The notes below the pieces were generated by a model. It had not been told where the DNA came from, made no database searches, and worked only from the letters and a program-made list of their open reading frames with translations. Positions 1 to 11,996 of a stretch of DNA of 64,000 nt are shown in pieces. The translations under genes were made by a program, and so were the position numbers. The DNA is taken from the NCBI GenBank assembly GCA_964016885.1, contig OZ024740.1, positions 365,800,001 through 365,864,000 on the forward strand. Reading direction: 5' to 3'. The DNA comes from Eledone cirrhosa (lineage: Eukaryota). The number at the start of each line of letters is the position of its first letter. Positions within the stretch are counted from its first letter, which is position 1.

Positions 1-752
1 CTTCAGTAACTCGAAAGTCTTCATAGCCGTGCTGTTTTCTGACTTTGTTGGCATTCTCACCTGTGTTAGACACATGGAAATCAAAAAGGTACTCAGGGTT
101 GTTGTTGACAAGATGGTTAATGATTTTGTGGGTGTTTACCAAGTCTGTTGCCAGATGTCTGGTATAAATATAAATATATACACAAATATATATACATAAA
201 TATATATATAAACGATGATGATGATATATATATACATAAATATAAAATACAATATGTTGAAAAGGTAACACACTAAAGAGAGATAGTGTGCCATCAATAA
301 AACAGGGAAAACCACCAGTGTATGGAATCTATAATCTAAGGAAGGCAGGGTAGACATACAATAATTAAAAATATAAATTAATATATATATATATATATAT
401 GAGAAGCGGTTCTTATTCGGGTACAACTTCTGATTTAGCCTAAGAAAATATCTATATGCGTGTGTAATTTATACAAGCATATATTTATTTTTTTTTTTTC
501 AATTGAGTTCTTAAACACGTTGGATTGATAATGTTTTCAAAAAAACTAATTAACCCGCGTGTATATTATTATTTTTTTCCTCATTTCGTGGGTTGTCTCC
601 CCTTCCCGCTTCGTGTCGCTATGATACTTCCTCAGTCAAAAACTGCTGGAATTTCAAATTTAGCGGTCATTCGAGGTGAGAGGGACCAACTTTACGGACA
701 TGATTTTTGACAGCGGTAAGAAATTGTTTTCTTATATTAATGTTTAATGGGC

Positions 753-878
753 TTCCACTGACGATTTATAAGTGCCCACCTAAATATATTCTTACATGAA
801 TATATATTAGGCTTCTACATAAACTGGAAACATTCTCCCAAACTTGTAGAAAACTTATAATGAAACAATTGTTTGGAA
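753..878 (+). ncRNA. Type I hammerhead ribozyme with branched stem II, near the 3' end of an (AT)n-flanked element (~400-1062)
   Basis: Stem I TTCCA/TGGAA; core CTGACGA (758-764); stem II TTATAAG/CTTATAA enclosing two internal hairpins; GAAA (862-865); palindromic stem III CAATTG; TT cleavage site. Confidence 0.8.
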
Positions 879-1060
879 AGAGAGATATACTTTAACTTTA
901 ATTATATCTCATAAAATAATACAACTGGTTTTTCCACATTATACATATTGTTAGCACCCCAAACACTTAAATTGGGTTTATATTTTAATATAACCTAATG
1001 TTTGTTGAGTGAGATGGTTACCAGTCAGAGTTTAGCTTTAAACTATCTCTGTTATTGTAT

Positions 1061-1128
<68 letters not shown>

Positions 1129-1229
1129 TATATATACATACATGTAATGGCTGTCAACTTGTGAGACAAGTAAGACCATCTTTGACAAATAATATCTTTA
1201 TTGGCAGTTGGGAACTCTGCAGTGATTTT

Positions 1230-2230
1230 AAAGCCTGCTAGGGACTTTTATGTTTTGTTGCATAAAATGCATTGGAATTGACTCCTTCCATTATTCGGCT
1301 CTTCAGTGTGATCTAGACCTTGAATATGTATTTTAGAAAGCCTTGTATATCTTGACTTATTCGAAAATTCCCTGCACCATATTCCACATCAGTTGCTTTT
1401 TTTTTATATGAGACACTATTTCATCATCTAGTGTGTAATACTGGTTAATTGTACTTCCCACATATGGAAACTTATGGACTACTTTGAGTTTTTGTCCATC
1501 TATGTGAATGGATGGTTCTATATAAGATCACAAAGTCGTTTGAAACATTGCTGCAGTTTTATTGAGGCTAATAGTTAAAAGGTTTTGTATGAACAAGATA
1601 GTCTATTCATTAAATTTTGCATGTCTGATATAGAACAGGTGATTAGACCGCTGTCATCAGCGTAAAGAAGATCGTGAATGAGAGTTTGAAGGACTTTTGT
1701 CTTTGCAGCAATATGCCTAATGTTGAAAAGCTTTCCTGAGGAGCGAAATTTGATAAATATGCTTTCATTACAGTCCTTAAAGGCATCAATAAGAACCACA
1801 GAGAAATAGATAGTGGTTACCTTGCTTAATACTATTTTAAACTTTGATTGGCCCTGAAATGATATCACCAATATTTACCTAAGCCTTCATGACATCATGG
1901 AAGGATTTGATTATATTAATAAAATATTCCAGGCATCCTAACTTGACAAGGATCTCCCACAGAACAGCTCTGTTCACTGTATTGAAGGTTTTTGTTAAAT
2001 CCACAAATACCTGATAGAGGTTCTATTGTTGTTCGTAAAACCTTTCTTGAATTTGACATGCTGTAAAGATCATATCAATCGTACTTCTTTTGGGCCGAAA
2101 GCCACATTGTGATTCTGGTATGATGACATTTGATATATCATTATTTAGTCATGAAAACATGAGTGATACAAGAATTTTCCTTGTAGAACAGAGCTACACC
2201 TCTATAATTTCCACATTTCTCCGGCTGGCT
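1230..2230 (-). mobile_element. Degenerate RTE-type LINE reverse transcriptase fragment
   Basis: ORF 1575-1871 contains LLYADD and the RTE-typical GKLFNIRH...KTKV. Flanking frames are broken. Confidence 0.75.
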
Positions 2231-2589
2231 TTTGGTTCTGCATTGGCACACACACCATTTGGTGGCTGTTGCAATCTGTGTTCAGTTTGGTGAGTTTGGG
2301 GAGGTAGGTGGTCCATATTCAGTTTACCAAATTTGGAGGGTGGGTTGTTGGTAAAAGAAAGCACTGGAAATCAAAAGGTCTGGACTAGCAGACCTTTGGG
2401 TAGTTCTCAGGAAGGAGTTGCTGACTATGACATGAGTAGGGAGCAATAGGAGAGAGCAGGGGCAGCGTTTTGGTTTTTTTTTTACTGATCTCTTCAAGTT
2501 GATAAAGCAATTCTTTGGGTAGAAGGGAACTTTGTCAGTTTACCTGCTCAAATGTGTCATCAATGACCACCTCACAGCCACATACAATG

Positions 2590-3006
2590 TTAATATGGGA
2601 GACCAACAACTAGGTATATGTAATACACTGATAACACTACCAGGTCTAATAATAGAAATCACCTGAGGGACCCTGGCCTGTATGAAATGAGAGAAGCAGT
2701 ACGGTAGGTGAAATCTAGCTGGGCACCAGGTCTACCAAGTCTAAGAGAACTGTCCAAAGCTGCTCTAAAGAGTTATTTAGAGGAAGATTGTCCAGTCAAG
2801 AAGATATGCTAAAGATGCATACATATTCAAAAGAAAAAAAATCGGAAATCAGCCAATTCAGGGTAATCTCTTTGATCAGTATGGAAAATAAGATCTTCAA
2901 CATTCTCTTAAAGAGACTCACCAACTTTCTGCTGAATAACAACTACATAGACACTTTGGTACCAAAAGTCCCTGGTTGCATTGAACATACAGGCACGGTG
3001 ACCTGA
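2590..3006 (+). mobile_element. RLE-type (HERO/NeSL-like) non-LTR RT fragment
   Basis: ISQFRVISLISMENKIF...LTNFLLNNNYIDT...VPGCIEHT resembles the early RT motifs of HERO-like elements. Confidence 0.6.
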
Positions 3007-3009
3007 CAG

Positions 3010-4490
3010 GGTAGATCAAACTCTGTGACAGTATCTACAGTGAGATGTACATGAAAGAAGTTCCAGGAACTGAGTGTTGGGTTAATGAGGAGGGGAGTGT
3101 CACTGAAACTGAAGGGAAATGTGTAAGAAGTGCCATGATTTATGGAAGCAAGATGTGGGTAATGAATGTAAAGCAACAGAAAAGGCTGGAGAGAACATAA
3201 ATGAGAATGGTCCAGGGGATGAGTGGAGTATCACTGAGAAAAAGGAAGTCAGTGAATTTCTGAAGATAATGAGAATAGAACCACTGATGAATGTTGGGAA
3301 AAGTAATGGAATGAAATGAGTGAGTTATGTGTTGAAGAAGGATGAAAGTAACTGAGTAAGAGGAGTGATGGAAATGAATGTGGAAGGAAGGGGAAGACCA
3401 AGACATAGCTAAATATGATGGAGAAGGAAATGAAAGCCAGTATGTTAGTGAGGGGAGGATGCAGATTATAGGGGAAATAGAGAAGTGTGTCATAGGGCCT
3501 GCTTTAGGAGGGAAGGTGGCTTTAAAATATATATGAAGGACATCTTTCATTCTCACAGAATGAAAGGTAGAATGTATGATGGTTGCATGCTTGCAGTGAT
3601 GCTACATCGCAGTGAGACAGGCTTTGATTGCAGAAGATCTGTAAAGGCTAGAAAGAAATCAAGCAAGTATACTCCAATGCACGTTTTATGTCAGTTTGCA
3701 TGAATAATGTAGTCTAAGAAAGTGAATTGAGAGAAAAACTAGGCATAAAAGTAACTGGGTGCATTAGTATAGACGTGATGTGTATAGAAAATAACATCTG
3801 TATAAAGAAGTGCAGAAAGATATCTGTGGATGGGACCTGTAGATGAGGCATACCTAGGAAGACATGGGATTAAGTGGTGAAAACTGACCTTAGGAAGCTG
3901 AATCTCATAACAGAGATGACAAAGTGTTAGCAACATGTACTGGAAAAGACCCATCTACCAGTATAAAAATGTAACCTGATCCATTCATGCCACCCCTCAT
4001 CCATATCTATTCTCATCATCACTATACACCACAAAACCATATCAAAAAGGATTGTGAGGACATTTCAGCTATGGCATGACAACCACTTTAGTGCTGGTGC
4101 AATGTACACGCTGTAAAAAGGTTGAGGTAGACTTTGTATGTAGCAAATGCACAGGTGTAGTCTGCAGTAATGTTGCTTTAGAAATAAACTCCCTTAAATT
4201 CTCAGAATTTTCACTAGAAGTAGTTGACAGCTATTGCTATTTTGGTGACCACATTAAAAGTGGAGCTAGGAGTACCGAAAGCAGAGTAACCAGAATGAGG
4301 ATAAAATGGAAGAAAAAATTCAGAGAGTTGTTATTTCTGCAATCAACAAAGAACTTCTCTTTGAGAATGAAAGGCAGATTCTTTGATGCTTGTGTTTGAA
4401 CAGCTATGCTGTATGGTTGTAAGACATGGGCCTGGAGTAAAGAGTTGCAACAGCTGAAAACAATACTGGATAGTGACGCTCTGTGCTGAA
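3010..4490 (+). mobile_element. Cluster of old RTE LINE C-terminal fragments
   Basis: MKGRMYDGC...MLHRSET, LEVVDSYCYFGD and WKKKFRELL...FSLRMKGRFFDAC match the 59937-60764 ORF. Confidence 0.7.
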
Positions 4491-4751
4491 GAAGTTCCAT
4501 AAGCACTGTTACACTAAAATTAATGGTGGTAAACGTAAAGATTTAGTCATAACACTCTTGTATGACTTTTGTGGTACCCTCAACAACATACTAAGTAACA
4601 AGTGAGGAGGAAGGCATTTGATTAGCCTTAAACCAATCCCTCCACCACCACTCATTACTAGTTATTACTGTTATCATTATCATTATTGTCTTTATCACTG
4701 CCATTCCCATTAATGCTACTGCTCCCTCATTCTTTCACCATCACTCTATAC

Positions 4752-4970
4752 CAGTGGTTCACAACCTTTTTTTTTTTACATATGGAACCCTTTGATTCCT
4801 CTTTTACTCTGATGGACCCCCATTGCCATTTGATGTTATAAAAAATCATATTGTATTCTTATAATTAAATATTATTAGGAATTGTATAAAAATTTGTTAA
4901 AATATTTTGTGTTTTGTAGAAGTATAACATATTTATTGCACATAAACTTTAGTAACTAATGAAAGATTCT
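4752..4970 (+). mobile_element. hAT/Charlie-like MITE, left end only
   Basis: Starts CAGTGGTTCACAACCT, a Charlie-type TIR. No right TIR seen. Confidence 0.4.
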
Positions 4971-5113
4971 CTGGGAAATGAATAATCAGTAGTAAAATAA
5001 GTCATACATATATAAATTATGAAAAATATGAAGAATTGTTTACCTTTTCCAATAAAAAAATCAAAGGAAGAAAAATGTTTTGTAAAATAAAATACTCCAA
5101 CAGTAATCAATTT

Positions 5114-5429
<316 letters not shown>

Positions 5430-5432
<3 letters not shown>

Positions 5433-5702
5433 TCATCATCATCATCATTTTACATCCGCTTTTCCCTGCTTGCAAGGGTGGGACGGGAACTGATTCTGGC
5501 TTGATTTCTACAGCTGGATGCCCTTCCAACACCAACCTCATTTACAGTGAGTGCTGGGTGCTTTTTTTGCCGTGGCGCCTACACGACCACTTTGCAGTGG
5601 AATGATAGGGAGCCCAGTCCCTATCATCTCATTTCTACAGCTGAGTAAACTGGAGCAATGTGAAATAAAGTGTCTTGCTCAAGGAAACAACACATCACCC
5701 GG
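5430..5702 (-). mobile_element. CORE-type SINE with RTE-like (TGA)n tail, head missing
   Basis: Near-identical to 61905-62180; contains CCTTGAGCAAGACACTT on the minus strand. Confidence 0.8.
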
Positions 5703-5890
5703 TATATATATATGTGTGTGTGTGTATACACACACACAAATATATACATGTATATGTATGTATGCATGTATATATGTTGTTTGTGGCCTGTTCTAGAATT
5801 TGGTCTGCAGTTAATTTCCCTGGGGACTTTGGCTGTAGAACTAACCACTATTTTGCCACCAACACCATCACCAATATATATATACATAGA

Positions 5891-6069
5891 AGTAGTTCCA
5901 CAACAGTTAATTCACCATTTCCAAGAACAACTGTTTCACCTTAGTTGGATCATCAGGTGAAATAATTGTTCTCGGAAATGGTGAATTAACTGTTGTGGAA
6001 CTACTACTACCAAATTCGTCCCATGGACTGAGTGTTCTACTACTACGGATATAACCCACCAGTGTTCAA

Positions 6070-6073
<4 letters not shown>
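5891..6073. mobile_element. Short inverted (fold-back) PLE-type insertion with a partial hammerhead
   Basis: Arms of ~51 bp (5891-5941 / 5955-6005), a one-sided tail to 6073, and AT-repeat flanks. Minus strand reads CTGATGA-TCCAACTAAGGT-GAAA-CAGTTG-TT. Confidence 0.7.
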
Positions 6074-6117
<44 letters not shown>

Positions 6118-6304
6118 GTGTGTTTGTGTGTATGTATTATATGAATAAGATCTCAACACAAATGCATGCTACCTAAAGGTTCAAACTTCAACCATCATAG
6201 GACATAAACATTCTATATCTGTTTTTTAGTTATCTTCAGGCAAAACCAACATCAACCCCCTCTTTTTTCTCCCACATAAGACTATATATTCTTTTAATAT
6301 ATTA

Positions 6305-6492
6305 TAATTGTTTCTACTTTTGGCACAAGGCCAGCAATTATCCAGTGCATTACTGGTACTTTATTTTATCGACCCCGCAAGGATGAAAGGCAAAGTTAAC
6401 CTCGGCGGGATTTGAACTGAGAATGGCAAAGGCCGTAACTCTATGCGTCAAAGCATGGCGTCCGACCCTCTACCGATACTGCCAATCCACCT
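6305..6492 (-). mobile_element. tRNA-derived SINE (family 1) with TSD
   Basis: A-box TGGCAGTATCGG, B-box-like GTTCAAATCC, central GCCTTTCATCCTT..GGGGTCGATAAAATAAAGTACC; TSD TTTAATATATTATAAT. Confidence 0.85.
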
Positions 6493-7744
6493 TTAATATA
6501 TTATAATACAATATAATACAGTTCCCAAAATGGAAGCTATTGAGCATGATATGATCCTCCAGGAATTCCTATTAAGAACCATTTTGGACCGTTACAACTC
6601 AACGAATCCATGCTAGTACGGAAGGCGAATGTGATTCGACGATGACGATCATAATAATATAGGATTTCTTTTATTTAATAAGTATTTCTTAATAATTCTT
6701 TTTTTTTTTATGGAGGTAAAAGGACGACCAACTAAATAAAAATAACAGTTAAAGGGAAATAACTGTGTCAGTAAAGACAATATTTGCCTAAAAGATTTTT
6801 TTTAGGACAAATGTACTATACCAAGGAAATAGTTAATGATACATATACATATAATGACCAAAGAAGATCTGGGCAGATGTAAAGAGAGCTGATCTTAAAT
6901 CGCTGAAACTCACAGATGATGATGATTATATACATATATTAGAAATTCTTTTGGTTTTTGACTGGCATTAATTCATGATATATGTGTATTCAAAAGATGC
7001 ATATGGTATGTGTACAAACACACAACAAAACTATGAGAAAGAATACTTATTTAGTTATAAACTGAATATCTAAATCATATTTATTTATAAATGTAAATCT
7101 ATGAACATCTCTTTCTTAATAATTGTAATTTTCCCTAACCATACTCTCGAAATTCTGTTATATTTATTGACTTGTTTTTAAGAGTTGCTAAAGGGAATCA
7201 ATATTGCAATCAATTTTTACATTCAACATTCAAAAACACACTTGATACTAAATATTATTGATGAATGAAACTGTGATACATTGACTTCAAAAAGGTAAAT
7301 GGTAAATCTTTGTCAAATACAAGATTGGCTACACTTTGAACTATTTCTGGATAAAGAAATTTCTCAAAATGTCTAATGTTGTTTTTGTTTCTGTTGACTA
7401 GTGCTCCAGTTGCTTCAATCAATGAAACTGCCTGCTCATGAAATATTCTACTAAACAATAACTTTCCACAGCAACCTAACACATATAAACTTAACACAAC
7501 TCGTAATGGAAGAATCAATAAGCTATTCTGATGCAAACTCTGCTTCAAGAACTGATGGCTTTCCAGTTCTACTCAGAAAACTCTTAAATGTAGGCCTTGC
7601 TAGAACCTTGAAAGTACTCTATTAGAGTAATTTAGACAGTGGATGATTACAAAAAATGTTAAGAACAATAACACTGATTCATAGTGGTAATAGGAGAGCA
7701 CAGACAAACAACTGTGACTTGTCTCACTTACATACCCTCTTTCA

Positions 7745-8300
7745 AACGTCCTGGGGTTGGAAAAAGTTCAAAGAGCTACTACCTCTGTTGACAACAAAAT
7801 ATTTCTCTTTATGAATAAAAAGCCAGATGTTGACGTCTGTGTGTGATGTGCAATGCTGCATGATAATAAGACATGCTGTGAATGCAGAGGATATGTGAAG
7901 GCTGGAAAGAAATGAAGCATGCTTCATTGGATATGCCATGTTAATGTGTACAAAGGAAAAGCACAGATGATTTAAAAGAAATACTGGGCATAAGTGGAAT
8001 CAGATGTAGTGTATATGCATGAAGACTGCAATGGTATGGACATGTAATGCACATAGCCGATGATTGATAAGTGAAAAAGTGCCAAGAAATCCCAGTGGAA
8101 TAAATCTGTAGTAGAGGAAGATCATAGATGACCTGGGTGGAAGTGATGAAAGCTAACCTCAAATCCCTGAAGTTCACAGAGATGACAAAGGAACAGAATA
8201 AAAGGAGTAATACTGTGCTGAAAAAGACCCATTCAACCCATGCAAACATGGAAAAGTGGGCAGATGATGAAGAATATGGTGGAGGTGGTGATGATGACAG
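7745..8300 (+). mobile_element. Old RTE LINE 3' fragment with tail
   Basis: WKKFKELLPLL...LERNEA...TWVEVMKANL...LKKTH, followed by the ACCCATGCAAACATGGAAAAG tail. Confidence 0.75.
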
Positions 8301-9399
8301 GCATATTAACTTTAAAATCTGGATTATTTTTGTCATCAGGCCATACCAAGATCCTTACAATTCTTGTTTACATATTCCTACCATATAGTGAGATAAATCA
8401 AATTGCATTTTCGTTCTGCCTTATGGGTATCTGTCATATCTCAATTAGAAATTTTTTTTTTTTATTATTTGAACCACTTTCAAAAACCTGCCTAATACAC
8501 TCTTACATACAACAGAGCTTACCCTCCAAGTACAACTGATTGGCTAATAAAGAAACTTACCTTCTAAGAACAACTGATAATCAAAACATGTCCACATGAA
8601 ATTCCACACTGTGTATGATGTTAATGAATTATGTGTGTTTCAGTTACCATTACAATTTGAAATTTCCTTTCATTTTTCATTGTTCCTGAAAAAAATGAAG
8701 AAATTTTTAAAGCTAAATTTAGTTAAAGCTCTTCAGATTTTTATTAGTTAAATGTAAATAAACTATAGTTGGCATAATAACAGTTCAGTGTCCCACATCT
8801 GATTTTGGTTCCTTGTAACTTTCTTAATAATGTATATGTATGTTACATATTTTTTTTTGTGTGTATGCAATTCCTTGTTGTTAAAATGACATTACATTCC
8901 TGTAGAAAATCTACAACTTTATCCTGATTGAAATACAATTTATTATAAACATAAAATTGGAAGATATGATGAAAAAATGTCAAAGTTTATATTAGCTTAA
9001 TTATAAATACAGATCAAAAGAATACAGCAATGGAAGCATTAATAAACAGAAATATACAATAATAAAACTCCTAAAAGATAAAATAATTTTTAAAAATTTC
9101 AATAATATAATCATGATCTATATCTTCAAAATCACATCTCTGCAAAATTCCATGATAAAAATATGCATTACTAAGAAAGTAACACGGGAACAAGTATATA
9201 GTAGTTATATCCTGTAAGATATCAATGTATTCAATATATCTAAATCACTCATCGAAAATCATTTACAGAAAGTGCCTTCTCTTTCAATTAAATGCAAACT
9301 AGTAGGTTAAAAAGATTGATTTGAATACCATCAAGCAATGGAATGGCCATTTCATTATTTTTTTTATTATTCTGGTAAAAGGAAATCATTGAGTCAGTC

Positions 9400-10400
9400 T
9401 TTATACAATAGTCAGCTTAGAAAGGTTTGGAAAGTCTGGAAGGTTGGGAGATAGCAAGGAACTATATATACCAAGTAGCTAGAAGAGAATCTAGATGTCA
9501 GGTTTATGTAGCAACAGGGGAAGCAGAACGTAAGGGTCAGATTGCAAAACTGTACTAGTGAGAACCAAAAATGTTGTGAGATAGAAGTATGTGTGGAATG
9601 ACTGTGGCTCACTTAAACTTTACTGATGCTGAAAATAAAGATGAATGGAAGTATCACTATGAGAAGTTGTGAATTAAGAGAATGCATGCAAGAGTGAGGG
9701 TCTACCTGAAGTAAATCAACTGAGGAATAAGCCATCAAAGATGACAGCAGTATGGTCAATAAAGCAATTTAAGATTTGAAACTAGGAGAAAAGCCGCTGG
9801 CTCATCAGGGATTTTGTCAACAGTAAAATTACTTGTAAAATTAACTCTCTCAAATGTTCAGAAGACTCACTAAAAGTAATCAAAAGCTTTTGCTATCTAA
9901 GTGAAGGTGAATGCACCAAAAGTGTTGTAGCCAAGGTGAGAACAGGTGAGGAGATAATACCTCCGCTGACAACAAAAGGCTTCTCTCTGAGAGTGAAGAG
10001 CAGATTATACAATGCTTGTGTTCAAATTGCAATGCTGCATGGTAGTGAGAAAAGGGCCTTGAATGCAGAAAATTTGTAATGGTTAAAAAGGAATGAGTCA
10101 TGCATATTTTGATGAATGTGTCATGTTAGAGTACATGAACGAGAACGCACAAGAGAACTAAGAGAAAACTAACTATAAGAGGAATTGAGTGTAGTGTGCA
10201 AAACAGATGATTGCACTGATGGTCATGTGATGTAGTAGGAGAGAAAGAATTATATAAAAAAAAGAGCCAAAATGCTTTAAAAAAAGTTGAATCTGTGGAA
10301 GAGAGATACCAAGGAAGACATGGGATAAGGTTGTGAAGAATGGCCTCAAGAAACTGAACATCACAAAGATGACTGATGATATGCCATAATATAATAGGCC
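9400..10400 (+). mobile_element. Highly degenerate RTE LINE fragments
   Basis: Patchy similarity to the 59.6-61.7 kb ORFs, e.g. GCAATGCTGCATGGTAGTGAG (AMLHGSE). Confidence 0.6.
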
Positions 10401-11506
10401 CAGACATAAGCACTGCAACATTAAAAGCAAAAATAAATGTTTTGAGAATCTGGTGACTATATGGAATTGAGAGATCTCTTTAGCCTGCAGTGAATGAGAC
10501 AGCTTCCCTAGTGGTGGTGTCACAATGGAACACACTCAGTTTATTCACCTACGTAAAGGGATGAGTGAACAGACCGAGACATTATAAAGTAGAGAGAACT
10601 CTGCTGAGAACCTGACAACCTCTCTAGTGTTGGTACCATAATAAAATGCACCCAGAACACTTTGTAAAGTGGCTGGTAGTTGAACAGAGACAATATTGGC
10701 AAGAAAGGACTCATCAGTTTGACTGAGCACATGACAAACTCTCCAGTGCTAGTGCCACAATAAAACTTACTAAGTACACACTAAATTCTGAAAGTTGGCT
10801 GCTATTTCAAACAGATACAGCGACCATGTAAAGGCTCCACTTTCATATGTGTGTATACATGCCTGGAGTGTCTTTGATCAGAATCATCCCAGCCATGATC
10901 ACACTGACTTTTTAAGGGTATATCTATAATTACATTATTCATTGTCTCGTTAAGACCCTAGAGTGTGATTTGGCTGCAATTTCTAATAGGTTCAGCAACC
11001 ATAACAACTTCAAATGAAAACAAATTTATTAAACTTGATAAGCTCCAGATTTATCGCATCGACAAGATCAGTTGTTCTACTAGAAAGAGCAGCAAAAGAT
11101 ATGTTGAAAATAGAAGGGAGGGTTAAGATAAATGACAGGTACGATGTTATGGATGTACAGGGATGATGAGAATAATTACTAAAGAGTGATGGTGGAGTGG
11201 TGGGTATGAAGGAGCCACAAGATATATCTGGTACATGGTTGTGGCACAGATGATGCATTAAATAGGGGGAGGGATATAATGTATCACAGATACTATAGCA
11301 TAAATGGAGAAAATGGTGACACTCATAGGGGAGTATTGAACATATTGATTTTATACTGGTAGGCAGGTCATCTCCAGTACTGCATGTTGCCAATCATTCT
11401 GGCCCATTGTCATCTCTGCCATGGGATTCAGCTTCTAAGTTTTCACCACTTCATCCCATGTCTACCTCTTCCACAGGTTTTATCTGATGAGCTTGCTCTG
11501 CACTTC

Positions 11507-11537
<31 letters not shown>

Positions 11538-11779
11538 TGAAATTAACTATGGAGATACAGAAGCGAAAACCAACCAAACAGTGAGTGTGTTCTGTTATTA
11601 TTTCTGGCAATATTATTACAACAATATTACCCTCCCCAAGTATAACTATATATATATATATACTTTGGGAAGGTTGTGCTGCTAATAAACACACATGCAC
11701 CAGTTGAGTTTCACTTCAGTTTTATAATTAGTAAGGTAACTAATCCTTTTCTTGGTTAGTTTAGAAACTGGTTGGTTGT

Positions 11780-11996
11780 TTAACCCTTTAGCATTTACGT
11801 TACTCTATATTTACTATTTTATTTTCACAGTAAAGGCTTAATCTCACATAATATCTCTCATAATATCGAATCTACGAGATATTGATATTATTTATTTTGA
11901 GAACAATACCTTAACATCAATATGAGTGGCTAGTTACAGCTGGTTTGAACAGAGACAATAGAATTCTGACTGGATACAGCCGGTTTAAAGAGTTAA
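11780..11996. mobile_element. piggyBac-like MITE
   Basis: TTAA-CCCTTTA ... TAAAGAG-TTAA: TTAA target sites with short imperfect TIRs. Confidence 0.55.

Noticed and set aside
1-20. Minus-strand ...GTTACTGAAG at the window edge, possibly the start of another hammerhead core
   Set aside because: Truncated by the window boundary; cannot be evaluated.
580-640. Minus-strand CTGAGGA...GAAG motif
   Set aside because: No GAAA with matching stem I or stem III pairing.
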